64,000 nt of DNA, from the NCBI GenBank assembly GCA_000091205.1, contig AP006498.2, one strand, 5' to 3'. Positions within the stretch are counted from its first letter, which is position 1. The number at the start of each line of letters is the position of its first letter. Below the pieces are notes generated by a model that ran no database searches, was not told the DNA's origin, and saw only the letters and a program-made list of their open reading frames with translations. A program made the position numbers and the translations under genes. This DNA is from Cyanidioschyzon merolae (Eukaryota). Positions 53,051 to 64,000 of the stretch are shown here, in pieces.

Positions 53051-54034
53051 ATGGACCTGGTGCCAGTCGCTGGCGTTACAGGCCAGACGCTGCAGGTGCA
53101 CGCTTCGCCCACGGTTATTCTTGAGATTCTTGAACAATTCTTTCTGAAGAAACCAGACCAGGAACGGGTGATCGGCGCACTGCTCGGCGAAGTGAACGTG
53201 CTCGACGATGAGCACTCCACAAGTGCAGGCACCGACGCAGCGGTGCGTCGGCAAATCGAGGTCTGGGGGAGTTTTTACGTCCCACATAGCGAGACGGACA
53301 CGGAAATCGCTTTAGATATCGATTACTTTGGACAAATGCGTGCACTGAGTTTACAGGATGGGAGCACGGGCCCGACCGTCGACATCATCGGCTGGTACAC
53401 GACCGGCGGGATCGACAAGCCCACGTCGATCATCATTCACGAGTTCTTTGCACGTCAGTGTAACCTTCCCGTTGACCAGGTCGTCTGCTTGCTGGTGCGT
53501 CCGGATATACGCGAGAGCAATGCTTCCAAACGCGTGGTCCATCCACCGCTGATCCAAGCATACTCAGGATTTGCTTCCGTTCTTGGCCGTCAGAACATGA
53601 GCACGGACTTGGAACCCGTGCCTCTGGAAGTAACCGCATCAGACGCAGAGCAGTTGATGCTGAATGGTGTCGTTCAGGCGCTCGCAGCACAGAGCAATGT
53701 GCATTCGCGCTTCGGGCGGATAACACGGGCGACGGCGCTCGGCGGGGCGACGCACGAGCTCGTCAACCTGACGCGTAGCCTGCGCAAACTGGTTGACGCC
53801 TTGGACACTGTCCTCGAGTACCTACGAGATGTGGTATCTGGTGAAAAAGCTGGCGATCCCGCTGTGTTGGAGCTGTTGAACTTGGTAGAGGCTGAGCTGA
53901 ATGCCTGCGGCGACGAGGCGCTCATGCACGCGCTGGATACGAATCTGAAAGACCAGCTCATGACCCTGTACCTCAGTAGACTCACGAGTGCGAATCTCGT
54001 TCTGGGCGAACGCCTGCTCACTCTGGAGAAATAG
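53051..54034 (+). CDS. MPN (Mov34/JAB) domain protein, MPN- type, 327 aa; CSN6/eIF3f/Rpn8-like and not distinguishable by eye
   Basis: The N-terminal MPN start is LQVHASPTVILEILEQFF...RVIGALLGEV. The core has VDIIGWYTTGG. There is no HxH..S..D JAMM motif. Confidence 0.55.
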   Translation: MDLVPVAGVTGQTLQVHASPTVILEILEQFFLKKPDQERVIGALLGEVNVLDDEHSTSAGTDAAVRRQIEVWGSFYVPHSETDTEIALDIDYFGQMRALSLQDGSTGPTVDIIGWYTTGGIDKPTSIIIHEFFARQCNLPVDQVVCLLVRPDIRESNASKRVVHPPLIQAYSGFASVLGRQNMSTDLEPVPLEVTASDAEQLMLNGVVQALAAQSNVHSRFGRITRATALGGATHELVNLTRSLRKLVDALDTVLEYLRDVVSGEKAGDPAVLELLNLVEAELNACGDEALMHALDTNLKDQLMTLYLSRLTSANLVLGERLLTLEK

Positions 54035-54618
54035 GGAACCTGACCTCGCAGACCCAACGAGCGAACGAACGATAGGGACCCAGGGAAGCGACGCGCGCGC
54101 AACGCAGCTGCAGCACTTGCCTTTGCCGAGAACTATGGAGGTGGCATCGCTCGGCAAGAGGCATCTGTTCGAATCGCTTTGTTGTTGCACAGATCAGAGC
54201 ATGGATGCGCGAGACTCACCAGGTATGGCAATGGCTTTACAGGCGACAATGAATACCACGATGCAATCATCCACGCATGCGTGCATCTATCAAGCGTGCA
54301 CAGGCAGGACACGTGTAGCACACGTGTCCCCGAGTCAAGCGCCGCTGCGGCGGCATCGACGGCACCACCGCCGCACGGCAGCCCTGATGCACTGGCAAGC
54401 GCGTGCAGTGCCCGGCTATCCCACAGGTTTGGACGACTTGCTAGCCACAGGCATGACATGGGAAGTTTGATCCGTAGTATACCCACTGCGCCTTCTCTGT
54501 GCATACTGCCTGGATGCGTCCGTGCAGGAACCGCTGGTAACCGTACTGGTAGTCCCGATGACCTCGCACTGGCCTCAACAACGCTGCAGGTGAATCGGAG
54601 GGACCGGTGCAGCTCTTT

Positions 54619-57453
54619 TCACACGGATGCAGGGCGCTGGTCATCGTCTTCGCTCGAGTAAAACGATTCCGGTGTGCGCATCGTGTCACTCATCGCACCA
54701 ACTGGATCCGAGTCCGCTGCAGCCGCTGTTCCGATAGGGGTCTCTGCGCGCAGGCCGTCGAGCCGTGTCATAAACGCCGACCGCACCGTCGGATACGCAG
54801 CAGACAGACGATTGGAAGGCGGCACAGACTGGTGCACCACTGCAGGGCGCTCGGGTGCTGCCTGTGCCCGCTCGGCGTCGTCCTTTGTGAGGTCGCCGCC
54901 TACTTGCTGCGGAACGGCCGTCGAGACGCCACATAACATCGTTGGCATGCCGTCGCGTGCCTGCCCGTCGTCGTTACCATGTGGAGGCGTTGCGACTACC
55001 GAGCGCTCGACCTTGTTGTCGGCGGGAAGGCGCTTTTCCGACGCATCCAGTAGTGCTGTGCCGGGTGCGTACGACGCGTATGGCAGCGCTGGATCCAACG
55101 CTTCCGCTGTACCCGATATGGACGCAGCGCGATCATCACGAATCGATGCAGCGATGTTTGCATTGGACTCTGCTCGAGCGGCTCTTGTCGTATGCCCGTT
55201 GCTGGCTTCTGACTCGGGCTGCACCAGACCCGATGCGGGTGACGGGCTTGCCGGCCCCGGGCAGACCGTCGGGCAAGGCGTTGCTCCTTGTGCCCTGCTT
55301 TGTGACTGGTGCTCATGCGCTTTCCCAATGCGCGGACTCGTTGCGACGGATTGTTGGTGCTGTCGCTCCAGTTGCTGTCGCAGAATATACTGGATAATAA
55401 AATAGGCCACATCTCGCGACCGCCAGTAATTCAAATGCGCCGACAAGCCCCACAGATCTTCCATAAAATTTGGTCGCATCACATAATCGATCCGAAACTG
55501 GCAGACCAACTTGCGAACAGTTTCGAGCTGGGGGAACCATCCATGAGGCTGCGGCGATCGTGTCCAGTGCAGGGGCTGCGTAGTCGCGGGGTCTCCCGTC
55601 GACGACTCTTCGGGGAGCTCGCGTTGCACCGGCGAAGTGCCATTTCTTGGTTTGAACGCTGCGCTGCCCAGTTGCTTGCCTGCTGTTGACGCCGCAACCG
55701 GTGCGCAGGACAAGGTCCCTGAATCGTGGTCGCTGACAAAGTCGCCGCTGCCGCTACCGTCTGCACTACCATCCTTGGCGTTAGCGGTGCGCGCCCTGCC
55801 AGAGCGACCAGTGGACTGGAACGACAACCACGAGCTCGCACCACCAGCCATCGCAGGGATCTCCACCGGTGGAATATCGGCAAAGAACGGGTCCAGAATC
55901 GGTTCAATTCGACAGGCGGCCGGGTCGCTGGGATTGATAATGTTCACCAGTCGGAACGGCCAGTATCCTATAGTGGATCGAAGATGATCATCGACATTGA
56001 GCACGTGCCCGAGCGGCGATCCGGTTAGAAACAGGTTGTGCACGGGAAAACGTAGGCGCAGGCCTTCACGTTCCAACATAATAGGGTCACTGAGCACTTG
56101 CTGAACCAGCAGCTCGTACGAAATGACGCTTCCAAGCGAGTGACCTAGAATAGAAATATCGCCGCGAAATTCCGGATACTTCTGGCGGAACCGCTCGTAC
56201 TCTTCGTTGAGTTGCGCGACCACTTCGCACTGAATAAAGCGTTTGATTCGAGGCGTCAAGTAAAACAGTATATCCATCAACTTGTTGTTGACGAGTGTGC
56301 GCCAGCGCGACGGTGTTTGGTCGCCCAGTGGATTGAGCTGCAGCATCCGTTGGTATACATCGAGCTTTCGCAGCGCTGCACGCCAATGGCAGTATATTGT
56401 CTTAATCCCAAAGTGCGTTAGCGCATCGGGAAGCGTGTTCTGCATAACCTCATCGAGCGCATCATGAAAGTTTTTCAGGTTCTCGCGCAGCCGCTGTTCA
56501 TCAGATCCAATGCCGTGAACGATACAGATCAAATGTTGCGGTGGGGTCACTTCCGCCAACATGCCGCGAATACTACGGCGATGGGTCACCGCATCGTTCG
56601 TTTGTTGGCCCTTCTGGATATTTGTTTTGGCGACAACCGAGGCCGCCTCGGCCATGGAGGGAATCGCATGTGCGGGTGGTGCAACCGAGCGTGCGCGGAA
56701 GAATGCCTCCTTCCAGCAGATCAGATCCTCCTCGGAGTCTGCCGCGAAATAGTGCACAACGCCCTTGGCATCTTTCACTTCCAAAATATAGGGACGTCGT
56801 GGATCGCTATAACTTGGCGTTCGAATATAGTCCCAGTAGAAGAGAGAGATGGTGTGAATGAGCCGGCCACGCCGTCCCGTTCGTGGGTCGTGTTCGAAGA
56901 ATCGCAGCAGCGAACCGTCCAGGGACAACCAACATCGCTGCCAACGCATGCGCCAGCGATAATAGAGATAGCCGGCCATGTCCGGCTTTACGAGTTTGTG
57001 CAGCATCTCCGGGGACAGCAGCACAGCGGACGCGTCGATGGTGATCTGTCCAACACTCCGTCGCTTGAGGTTCGGGCTAGAGGAGGCAGCGGTCTGCGTT
57101 GCAGGTACACCAGCGTGAACCAGTTTCCGAGGAGGGCTATCAGCTGGCGAGCGCTGCTGCACCGCAGGTTCCCCTGTGGCACCTTGAGCGTTTGAGGAGC
57201 GCGCTCGTTCCGCTGCTCGCGCTGCTGGTTCAGGAGCCACCAGCGCCGAGCTCCATCCCGTTGCAGTTGAAGTGCCTACTTGCTCACCAGGTAACTCGTT
57301 CACGTGACGCTCTGCATGATTTGTGTTTTTCTGTGATGCCGAACGATACCACCAGCGGGCGAGCGCGGAAAGCGACGACTCGGACGTAATACGAGCCCAT
57401 TTGTCGGGAGCTGCCCCACTGTCGTCGTTTTCACTCTCCATGTTTTTTAGCAT
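54619..57453 (-). CDS. Putative phospholipase/lipase with a PH-like region and a GxSxG serine-hydrolase motif, resembling DDHD-domain PA-PLA1-type proteins. Tentative.
   Basis: ATG start. The PH-like segment is ...LICWKEAFFRA. The nucleophile elbow is ILGHSLGSVISYELL, preceded by ICIVHGIGSDEQ. The C-terminal region contains D/H-rich conserved blocks (DYVMRPNFMEDLWGLSAHLNYW). Confidence 0.4.
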   Translation of the reverse strand: MLKNMESENDDSGAAPDKWARITSESSLSALARWWYRSASQKNTNHAERHVNELPGEQVGTSTATGWSSALVAPEPAARAAERARSSNAQGATGEPAVQQRSPADSPPRKLVHAGVPATQTAASSSPNLKRRSVGQITIDASAVLLSPEMLHKLVKPDMAGYLYYRWRMRWQRCWLSLDGSLLRFFEHDPRTGRRGRLIHTISLFYWDYIRTPSYSDPRRPYILEVKDAKGVVHYFAADSEEDLICWKEAFFRARSVAPPAHAIPSMAEAASVVAKTNIQKGQQTNDAVTHRRSIRGMLAEVTPPQHLICIVHGIGSDEQRLRENLKNFHDALDEVMQNTLPDALTHFGIKTIYCHWRAALRKLDVYQRMLQLNPLGDQTPSRWRTLVNNKLMDILFYLTPRIKRFIQCEVVAQLNEEYERFRQKYPEFRGDISILGHSLGSVISYELLVQQVLSDPIMLEREGLRLRFPVHNLFLTGSPLGHVLNVDDHLRSTIGYWPFRLVNIINPSDPAACRIEPILDPFFADIPPVEIPAMAGGASSWLSFQSTGRSGRARTANAKDGSADGSGSGDFVSDHDSGTLSCAPVAASTAGKQLGSAAFKPRNGTSPVQRELPEESSTGDPATTQPLHWTRSPQPHGWFPQLETVRKLVCQFRIDYVMRPNFMEDLWGLSAHLNYWRSRDVAYFIIQYILRQQLERQHQQSVATSPRIGKAHEHQSQSRAQGATPCPTVCPGPASPSPASGLVQPESEASNGHTTRAARAESNANIAASIRDDRAASISGTAEALDPALPYASYAPGTALLDASEKRLPADNKVERSVVATPPHGNDDGQARDGMPTMLCGVSTAVPQQVGGDLTKDDAERAQAAPERPAVVHQSVPPSNRLSAAYPTVRSAFMTRLDGLRAETPIGTAAAADSDPVGAMSDTMRTPESFYSSEDDDQRPASV

Positions 57454-57661
57454 GACGCGCAGAACAACGCGGACTTGGAAGCGAAGTCGCTGATGCCCAC
57501 TGCACTACCCGTACGAGTCCAGGGGTCTAAGCTGTGACTGTCCGGCGTCCAGCACGAGCAGCGAAAATCGCGAAAGCGTTTTGGCTTGACGCTGGGCGCT
57601 GTGTCCAGTGTGACTGGATCCGCCAACGTTGACGACGCGTGCGCCGCACGTGGCATTCCTG

Positions 57662-58128
57662 GAGCGGGCGTATGCGAACCCTGAACCTACGGAAGCGAGT
57701 TGCTCTCAGAGCGGGCGTGTGCGAACCCTGAACCTACGGAGGCGAGTTGCTCTCAGAGCGGGCGTGTGCGAACCCTGAACCTACGGAGGCGAGTTGCTCT
57801 CAGAGCGGGCGTATGCGAACCCTGAACCTACGGAAGCGAGTTGCTCTCAGAGCGGGCGTATGCGAACCCTGAACCTACGGAGGCGAGTTGCTCTCAGAGC
57901 GGGCGTGTGCGAACCCTGAACCTACGGAGGCGAGTTGCTCTCAGAGCGGGCGTGTGCGAACCCTGAACCTACGGAGGCGAGTTGCTCTCAGAGCGGGCGT
58001 ATGCGAACCCTGAACCTACGGAAGCGAGTTGCTCTCAGAGCGGGCGTATGCGAACCCTGAACCTACGGAGGCGAGTTGCTCTCAGAGCGGGCGTATGCGA
58101 ACCCTGAACTTACGGAAGCGAGTTGCTC
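57662..58128. repeat. 47-bp minisatellite of ~10 tandem units with A/G polymorphic positions. It lies in the intergenic region upstream of the lipase-like gene.
   Basis: The unit gagcgggcgt(a/g)tgcgaaccctgaacctacgga(a/g)gcgagttgctctca repeats with exact 47-nt periodicity. For example, ctgaacctac starts at 57681, 57728 and 57775. Confidence 0.85.
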
Positions 58129-60261
58129 CCGGAACGAGCTTCGGATTCTGGAAAAGCGTTCGCAGTCTATGGAAGCGATGAAATCCTGTAGATGCGTTGA
58201 GATTGTATGGAGGCTCCCGCACCTGTAGTGGCGTTTGCTCAGTATTCAAGCTTCCGCTGAAGATGCGCTTGACCATTTACCGAAGCATCGATGCTCTTCG
58301 GTACGTGACTGCTCGAATCCGAATTGATTTCCGCTACACAGACAAATTTGAAGGTGTCGGGTTTCGCTCCTTCTCCTAATCGTATTTTCGACGGTATTCC
58401 CGGTACCGAGCCTGACGGTTCACAGACTCGATCCTGTGGCGATCTGGAGGCCCCGAAAGCGTCTAGCAGAATAGTAGTTGCGCGGAGCACTTGGTGGCCT
58501 ATGATTATCGATCTAGTCTGCAGCAAGTATGTGTTTTTAAATGCTCGGCGTTTTTTTGGCGTCTGCGACCCCAAAACGTTCTCTTGTATTTAATGAAGAA
58601 CAAGCTCGACGGCCGAGTCTGCGCACACGGATACGGAACACGTGCTGAACGTCGATGCACTGGCAACGCGCGAAGCACGCTGCACTTTCAGAACAGCAGC
58701 GTGTGCGGCTCGCTCGATTTCATGCATCCGCAGCAAGTCACCAGCAAAGCGACGAGCTGCGCGACTCTCGTATTCTCGCTAACAGGTCGCTGGCGACTTG
58801 CTCAGGTTTCCATACAGCCGAGGCACCATGGGTATATGCTCCAAACGACCCCGCTCGCTGCTTGTTGAAGTTCACGCGAAACGTTTGGGCCGTAAATGTG
58901 CGGACCCGCCCCAAGGATCTGGAGAAACGTTCCACGCGATGCGTCGCTGCTTGCTCGCAAGACTCAAACCCGTTTTCAATCGATGCTCTGTGCGAAGAAC
59001 AGAGCGCCATCCCGGTTCGGCGGCTGGGCCTCAGATCGAGCACGGGTGTACTACCTCTTATGGGGCGGGCATCTTTATCCTATTCGTCTTTTTATGATAG
59101 GCTCGGACACGTGTCCGCGACACGCATATCGGGCTCGCCTGCCCTGAGCGCCCCCCGGACACGTAGCGCTCAGATGCGTGCGTGTCTGAGTACCTAGACA
59201 TGAATGTACAATTAGGACGATGCAGGGTGAATTCTCCACAACGCCTCTTTACCTCTCGTGTGATCCCAGGAGCGAAGCGCATGCATCCCAGCAATATGCA
59301 TCCTGCATATAGCGCAAAGACAATGAAATGATGTCCAGTTCAGTTGCTTCGGGATACTAATCGGAGCGAACGGACCTGGACTTGTGGTTGTGCAGGTTGT
59401 CGTCTTCTAGACCGCACGTGGTTCTGGGCCCGAGTCCAATCGGCATTCCAGGAGGACGCTAGCAGCTGGCATGCCATGAGCATGAGCGAGCGACGGAAGC
59501 GGGTAATGGACGAGTCGATCGCCGGCTACAGGCCCAGCAAACCAGCGCTCGGTTTCGCAGCTCGTTCTTTCACGATATCCTCTTAGCGGTGGCTGCAAAG
59601 CGCGTTGGATAAGTACAGTCCAGGCACTGGAGCGAGCTTTAACGGAACTGCGAACAATATCCATTCCAGACGCTATTCAGCTTGCGTACGTACAGCGTTG
59701 CCATAGGAAGCAACCAGGCCCCTTGAAAAGAAAGGGTTGTTCTGGGCTCCCGTCCCGCTGATGAAGCGTACCTCCATCTATCAAACGCTCATCTCCAGAA
59801 CGTCGCAAGTTCGGCGACAAGACAATCAAGTGTGGGATCAGACGGGCCTCAGCGGCTGGCGTCATGTTGGCGTCGGAGTAGTTCTCAAAGGGCGTGTGTG
59901 TGTGTGTGCCGCCGCCCCAGCTTTTTCTTATGGCTCGCACTCGTTGCGTCCCCGAACCAGGTTCCCCGGAAGCGGGGGTACGGCAGGTACGTCAGGACGA
60001 TGAACAGAGCTCGTCCGCAGTCGATTCCATATACGCACTGCTTCTGCACCAGACAGGAACTCGTTGCTGACAACTGGCCTCAGCCGCACGAAGCGAGCCG
60101 TGCTGAGCGATGATTCGGGGGCGTCCAGAGATCCAGCGCAGTCGAGTCGTTCTGGGGCCCGAGGTGCACTGAACTCAATACCCGCTGTTACTCGCTCGCA
60201 TTCCTATTCATCAAAGTTCGAATCGGCCGACATATGCGTGCCATTGGGTCACTGAACGTCC

Positions 60262-62406
60262 ATGTCAACCGAAGAGAGCCGTGTAAAGCGCCTTGAACTT
60301 GTGCTCAACGGCGTCGAAGACGAGCGAGAACGCGAGCGAGCGCACGCAGTTCGGACTTTGCAGTCGCTGCTCCCGTTACAACCACTGGAAGTTTTGCTGA
60401 TTGTCAAAAGAATCGACGCAGCTTTACGAGCAGAGCGGCCACCTCACTGGAAGTACACAACGGGGGCTTTAACGGTCGCTGCTGCACTCTTGTCAGCCGA
60501 ACGTGGAGAGGCGCTGGAGCAGCTCACGACCACAGCCCGGGTCAGTAGAAGAAACGTTGCACCGGGGGTTGCTGAGAGACATTGTTTCCAGGAAACCCCG
60601 CAAAGGATGGCACTGGTTCAATCCGTTGACCACGAAACACTCGAAGCACTCCTTGAGCTCTTAACCGCAACCTTACCCGTGTTTCTGGGGCGGTCGGAGG
60701 CAGCGCTTCGGGTAGCTGCCGTCGAAGCCTTGCGCCAAGTTGTCTCGCACCGGAGTCTTGCGGCCTGGACTTACCTTGTCCCTACACTTTTATGTCTACT
60801 GGAAGAACAACTGGTGCGCTCGCGCTCCTCTGAGTCTATCACACTAACACAGGACAAAGCGAAGGCCACGATTTCCGAGACTTTTGCAGTTTCCGACAAA
60901 CCAGTAACCACAGCGCAGGAGACTTTCGCACTAGAAAGCACACTAGATGCGATTGCAGCGGGTTTGAGTGCCCTCGCACCGCTCGATCTGGTTCCCAGTC
61001 TCGTACTTGCGCATCATGCCTTCTTGGAAAGCAACGTTCTATCCCGCTGTTTACAACATCGCAACCGTTTTGTTCGTGAATCGCTTCTGCATCTTGTATG
61101 CGAGTTGATAAGACGTTGTCAGGATTTGCTGGATCGTTGCGAAGGCCAAGTTCAGGATAATCGACAGCTCGTCCGAGCGACTGCGCTGGCATGTGCGCCG
61201 CTGATCGCCCGGGGCCTCGACGACAACTGGAGCCAGGTTCGCTTCGCGGGCATGCTCGCTGCGCACCGTCTCTACCTGGTGTTCGAACAGCTTCCACTAC
61301 AGCTTCGTTTCAGCGTTGATCGCCTCCTGTTACCTCGCTTGTGTCTGAATCGACACTACTTGGCTGAAGGCGTTCGAGAGTATGCCCGTAAGACCTGGCT
61401 TGCGTTGTTTGGTGCGCATGGACGAGAGCTGGTGGCCACCAACTTGGCGGATGTCATTCCGTATGTATTGAAAGAGTCGCAGGCTGAGAACCATGCCGTG
61501 CGAGAGGCCGCTTGCCATTTGATGGCGGAGATCGCGGATCGCCTGGATCCTTGTCTAGTGAAGCCGTACGTCGATGCGCTGCTTACGGCGCTTATCGACT
61601 GCTTTCACGACGAGAGCTGGCCCGTTCGGGATTGTGCGAGCAGTGCTTGTGCAGCGCTCGCCATGGTGTTTGATCTCCACGAGCAGCCTCCAGAACGTGT
61701 TGATGAACTCTTTACCCTATGGTTCAGACATTGCGCGGATAACATCCCTTCGGTACGCCAGCACGCTGCGGAGGCGCTGGCGAAAGTGAGCGCTCGACTG
61801 CAGGGCGCCTACCTGGAACGCGTCTTCGAGTACCTGGGTTCGGCGCTCGCTCGAGCAACGGAGCAGCCTCCAGACCTTGTCGCTGGCGAGAGTGCCTCCA
61901 CGGAAGTGACGGAAACCACATTTCAATCGATGAAACAAGTTCGCGACAATGATGTGCGTCTGCATAGCAATCAAACCATGTATAGCTGCGGCTCCTTGGC
62001 CCCGAAAATGCGCGCTCGCCATCAGCGAGTGGGCTGTATGGATTGCGCGTACCTGCGTGAACCAGAACCCTGGGAGTATACTGATGGAGCGCTTTATGTA
62101 TGGCGGCATCTCTCAGAGCTAGGATATGGCGAGCGTTGCGCTTCGAGTCCGTATCTGGAGCTTATTGTGGAGCGCCTGATCCAGCTGCCCATGTTTCATC
62201 GCTTGCCCACACTCTGGGCTACGTTATGGACCCAGTTTGCGCTGGCTTTGCCTTTTTTGCCACCGCAACGAATCGCAGAGATGCTGCCCAGGATCCGTGC
62301 AGCCATGGGGCGTGTTGCAGACTGCGGACAAGCGCATGTCCTCAGAGCACTCGAAGAGATGCGGCAGGCACTGAAGCCATGGGAAACGACCGACGATTCC
62401 AAGTGA
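60262..62406 (+). CDS. hypothetical alpha-helical (HEAT/ARM-like repeat) protein, 714 aa
   Basis: A long ATG-initiated ORF. Amphipathic helix pairs with Leu/Ala/Arg/Glu spacing recur (LLHLVCELIRRCQDLLD, VREAACHLMAEIADRLD, VRQHAAEALAKVSARLQ), suggesting HEAT-type repeats. No confident family assignment. Confidence 0.35.
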   Translation: MSTEESRVKRLELVLNGVEDERERERAHAVRTLQSLLPLQPLEVLLIVKRIDAALRAERPPHWKYTTGALTVAAALLSAERGEALEQLTTTARVSRRNVAPGVAERHCFQETPQRMALVQSVDHETLEALLELLTATLPVFLGRSEAALRVAAVEALRQVVSHRSLAAWTYLVPTLLCLLEEQLVRSRSSESITLTQDKAKATISETFAVSDKPVTTAQETFALESTLDAIAAGLSALAPLDLVPSLVLAHHAFLESNVLSRCLQHRNRFVRESLLHLVCELIRRCQDLLDRCEGQVQDNRQLVRATALACAPLIARGLDDNWSQVRFAGMLAAHRLYLVFEQLPLQLRFSVDRLLLPRLCLNRHYLAEGVREYARKTWLALFGAHGRELVATNLADVIPYVLKESQAENHAVREAACHLMAEIADRLDPCLVKPYVDALLTALIDCFHDESWPVRDCASSACAALAMVFDLHEQPPERVDELFTLWFRHCADNIPSVRQHAAEALAKVSARLQGAYLERVFEYLGSALARATEQPPDLVAGESASTEVTETTFQSMKQVRDNDVRLHSNQTMYSCGSLAPKMRARHQRVGCMDCAYLREPEPWEYTDGALYVWRHLSELGYGERCASSPYLELIVERLIQLPMFHRLPTLWATLWTQFALALPFLPPQRIAEMLPRIRAAMGRVADCGQAHVLRALEEMRQALKPWETTDDSK

Positions 62407-63828
62407 AGCTCGCGCACCCATGTGATATCAGCATGCTCAAGTTCGCAAAGCAGGTACACTGGAGCGATGGAGAGACCCGTTGCTGCGACAGGGGCTCAAT
62501 GCTCCTGTCTGCGTTAACGCACCACTTGATTCGTACCGGCTGCGTGCCAGCGACGCTGCAGCCGTGGCGGCGCCCACTGCTGCCTTAGTATGGCGGTTTG
62601 GCCCGGCGCAGTGCATCCGAGCGAGCCGGCCTGCAGCCAGGCACCTTGTCGGGTTCATGGCGCATACGCCACCGTGAAACCCGATACACCAATACGGGCA
62701 AACTGGGCTAAAGCAGCCGAGGTGTTCGTGCGCAGCCACAAGCTTCACTTGCCCTGCTGCATGTGCGAACGGTTCGCGTTATCATCCCTATTTCCCGCTG
62801 AAAGTCCTGTTCATGCGCACGTGGTATACCTGCTCTGCATCGGAGCTTGAGTTGCTCACCGATAGGTAGGGGCGCGCTAGACCTCGTGTTTTTGCGGGCC
62901 TGCCCCACAGCCAGTCAACGTGGCGGACCCACATGGCCAGCGCCAACGCACTCGGGGCAGAACAGTTCTTATGCAAGTTTCACAGCAGACCCTGAGGAGG
63001 CCGCCGCTTCGTCTTCCTGACGATCTTGAGCAAAGATAACACGCTGCTTGTCTGTCTGCCTTTCTGCCTGTCTGTGTCCGTTGAACAAGCATTCGGCAAT
63101 ACAACGCGCTGGCGTCAACGCCGTGCCGCTGCTCATGGCTTCTCATGTTGAAACCGAATATCGTTCACTCTATCATGTTGAAACATGGATCCTGGTCGTA
63201 AACTTGGATGTTTCCATGGACATGGTCCAAGCATAAGACGCACCATTCACTGATCCAGATACATGTATGCATGGTTGGAACGGGGCGGTACCTCCGCATG
63301 CACTGCAGCTGTGTTGCGTGCACAGGACGTCGGCAAGCGCACACACGTGAGGATGCAGAAGCAGCGCTCAGTCACCTGCAATTCAAACGGTACAGGTGCA
63401 CTTGACATCGGCGAGTCGAGCAAGCGCCACCTCCCGTGAATGAAGACAATCAGAGCTCTGACGCTGCGAGCATCGTGGTAAGCGTCTCTTCCAGAAGAGA
63501 GGTCGTTCCTTCGAAAACCCGCCGAGAAACACGCCGCCCTGAGCGTACCGTGTAGATCTGGCCTAATGAAGACACCGACATCGACAATGCTGACATGTAT
63601 CTGGATCAGCGACTTGGACCCGGTGGTCGGTGCCGCTGCCCCCTGACCGAGGCTCTCGCTGTGATGGACAGTTTGCCGCTAATGGACCCAGTTTATGCTT
63701 GAAGCTCTATCCGGCGTGCACCATCTCGACACAGATTGCCTCGTTGTTAACGCCGGAAAGCGTCAGGTCGATCCCATGCACCACCGGCTGCTAGACGCGA
63801 TCAATTGCCTGGGCGGCACGATCGACAA

Positions 63829-64000
63829 CACGCATACGATGGATCGTTACACGATAAAGTCACGTTCTGTCCATAAAAATAGATAATTGTATTGCCTCAG
63901 ATGACGCTGACGTTCCCATAGCACGCAGCGCACCACAAGTACTGCATACACGCATACGATGGATCGTTACACGATGAAGACACGTCCTATCCATAAAAGT
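63829..64000. repeat. Two copies of a ~55-bp direct repeat separated by ~60 bp; the second copy is truncated by the window end.
   Basis: acgcatacgatggatcgttacacgataaagtcacgttctgtccataaaaat at 63829-63887 is compared with acgcatacgatggatcgttacacgatgaagacacgtcctatccataaaagt at 63949-64000. Confidence 0.4.

Noticed and set aside
57662-58128. Regular short repeats, considered as a possible CRISPR array.
   Set aside because: The units are directly tandem with no unique spacers, the period is 47 nt, there are no cas genes, and the context is eukaryotic. It is a minisatellite.

Overview
This is a GC-rich (roughly 58-60%), intron-poor eukaryotic nuclear region with genes on both strands. Most genes are long single-exon ORFs encoding recognisably eukaryotic proteins: methionine aminopeptidase 2, pyruvate kinase, an M13/neprilysin-type metallopeptidase, a RagA/Gtr1-type GTPase, an MscS-like channel, a voltage-gated cation channel, a telobox-Myb protein, two MPN-domain proteins and a DDHD-type lipase. 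The organism cannot be named from sequence alone; a stramenopile or other protist with a compact genome is a guess. The ORF track uses alternative start codons (TTG, GTG), so several listed ORFs have spurious N-terminal extensions; ATG-based starts are proposed where they differ. The main finding is four dispersed copies (one on + and three on -) of a ~2.5-kb transposable element encoding a Fanzor/TnpB-like (OMEGA-family) RuvC endonuclease of about 690 aa. All four copies carry different combinations of nonsense or frameshift lesions. All share a conserved 52-nt GT..AG mini-intron candidate and a diverged but hairpin-capable 3' tail that is the best candidate for the guide-RNA scaffold. The tail ends lie within ~10-40 bp of host gene start codons, or directly after a stop codon in one case. 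Other notable content: a 47-bp x ~10 minisatellite; a divergent promoter holding an 88-bp tandem duplication plus a GCCTG/GGATG simple repeat; a (GGGGC)n G-quadruplex motif; and a ~5.5-kb gene-poor tract. No rRNA, tRNA or CRISPR array could be supported by eye.
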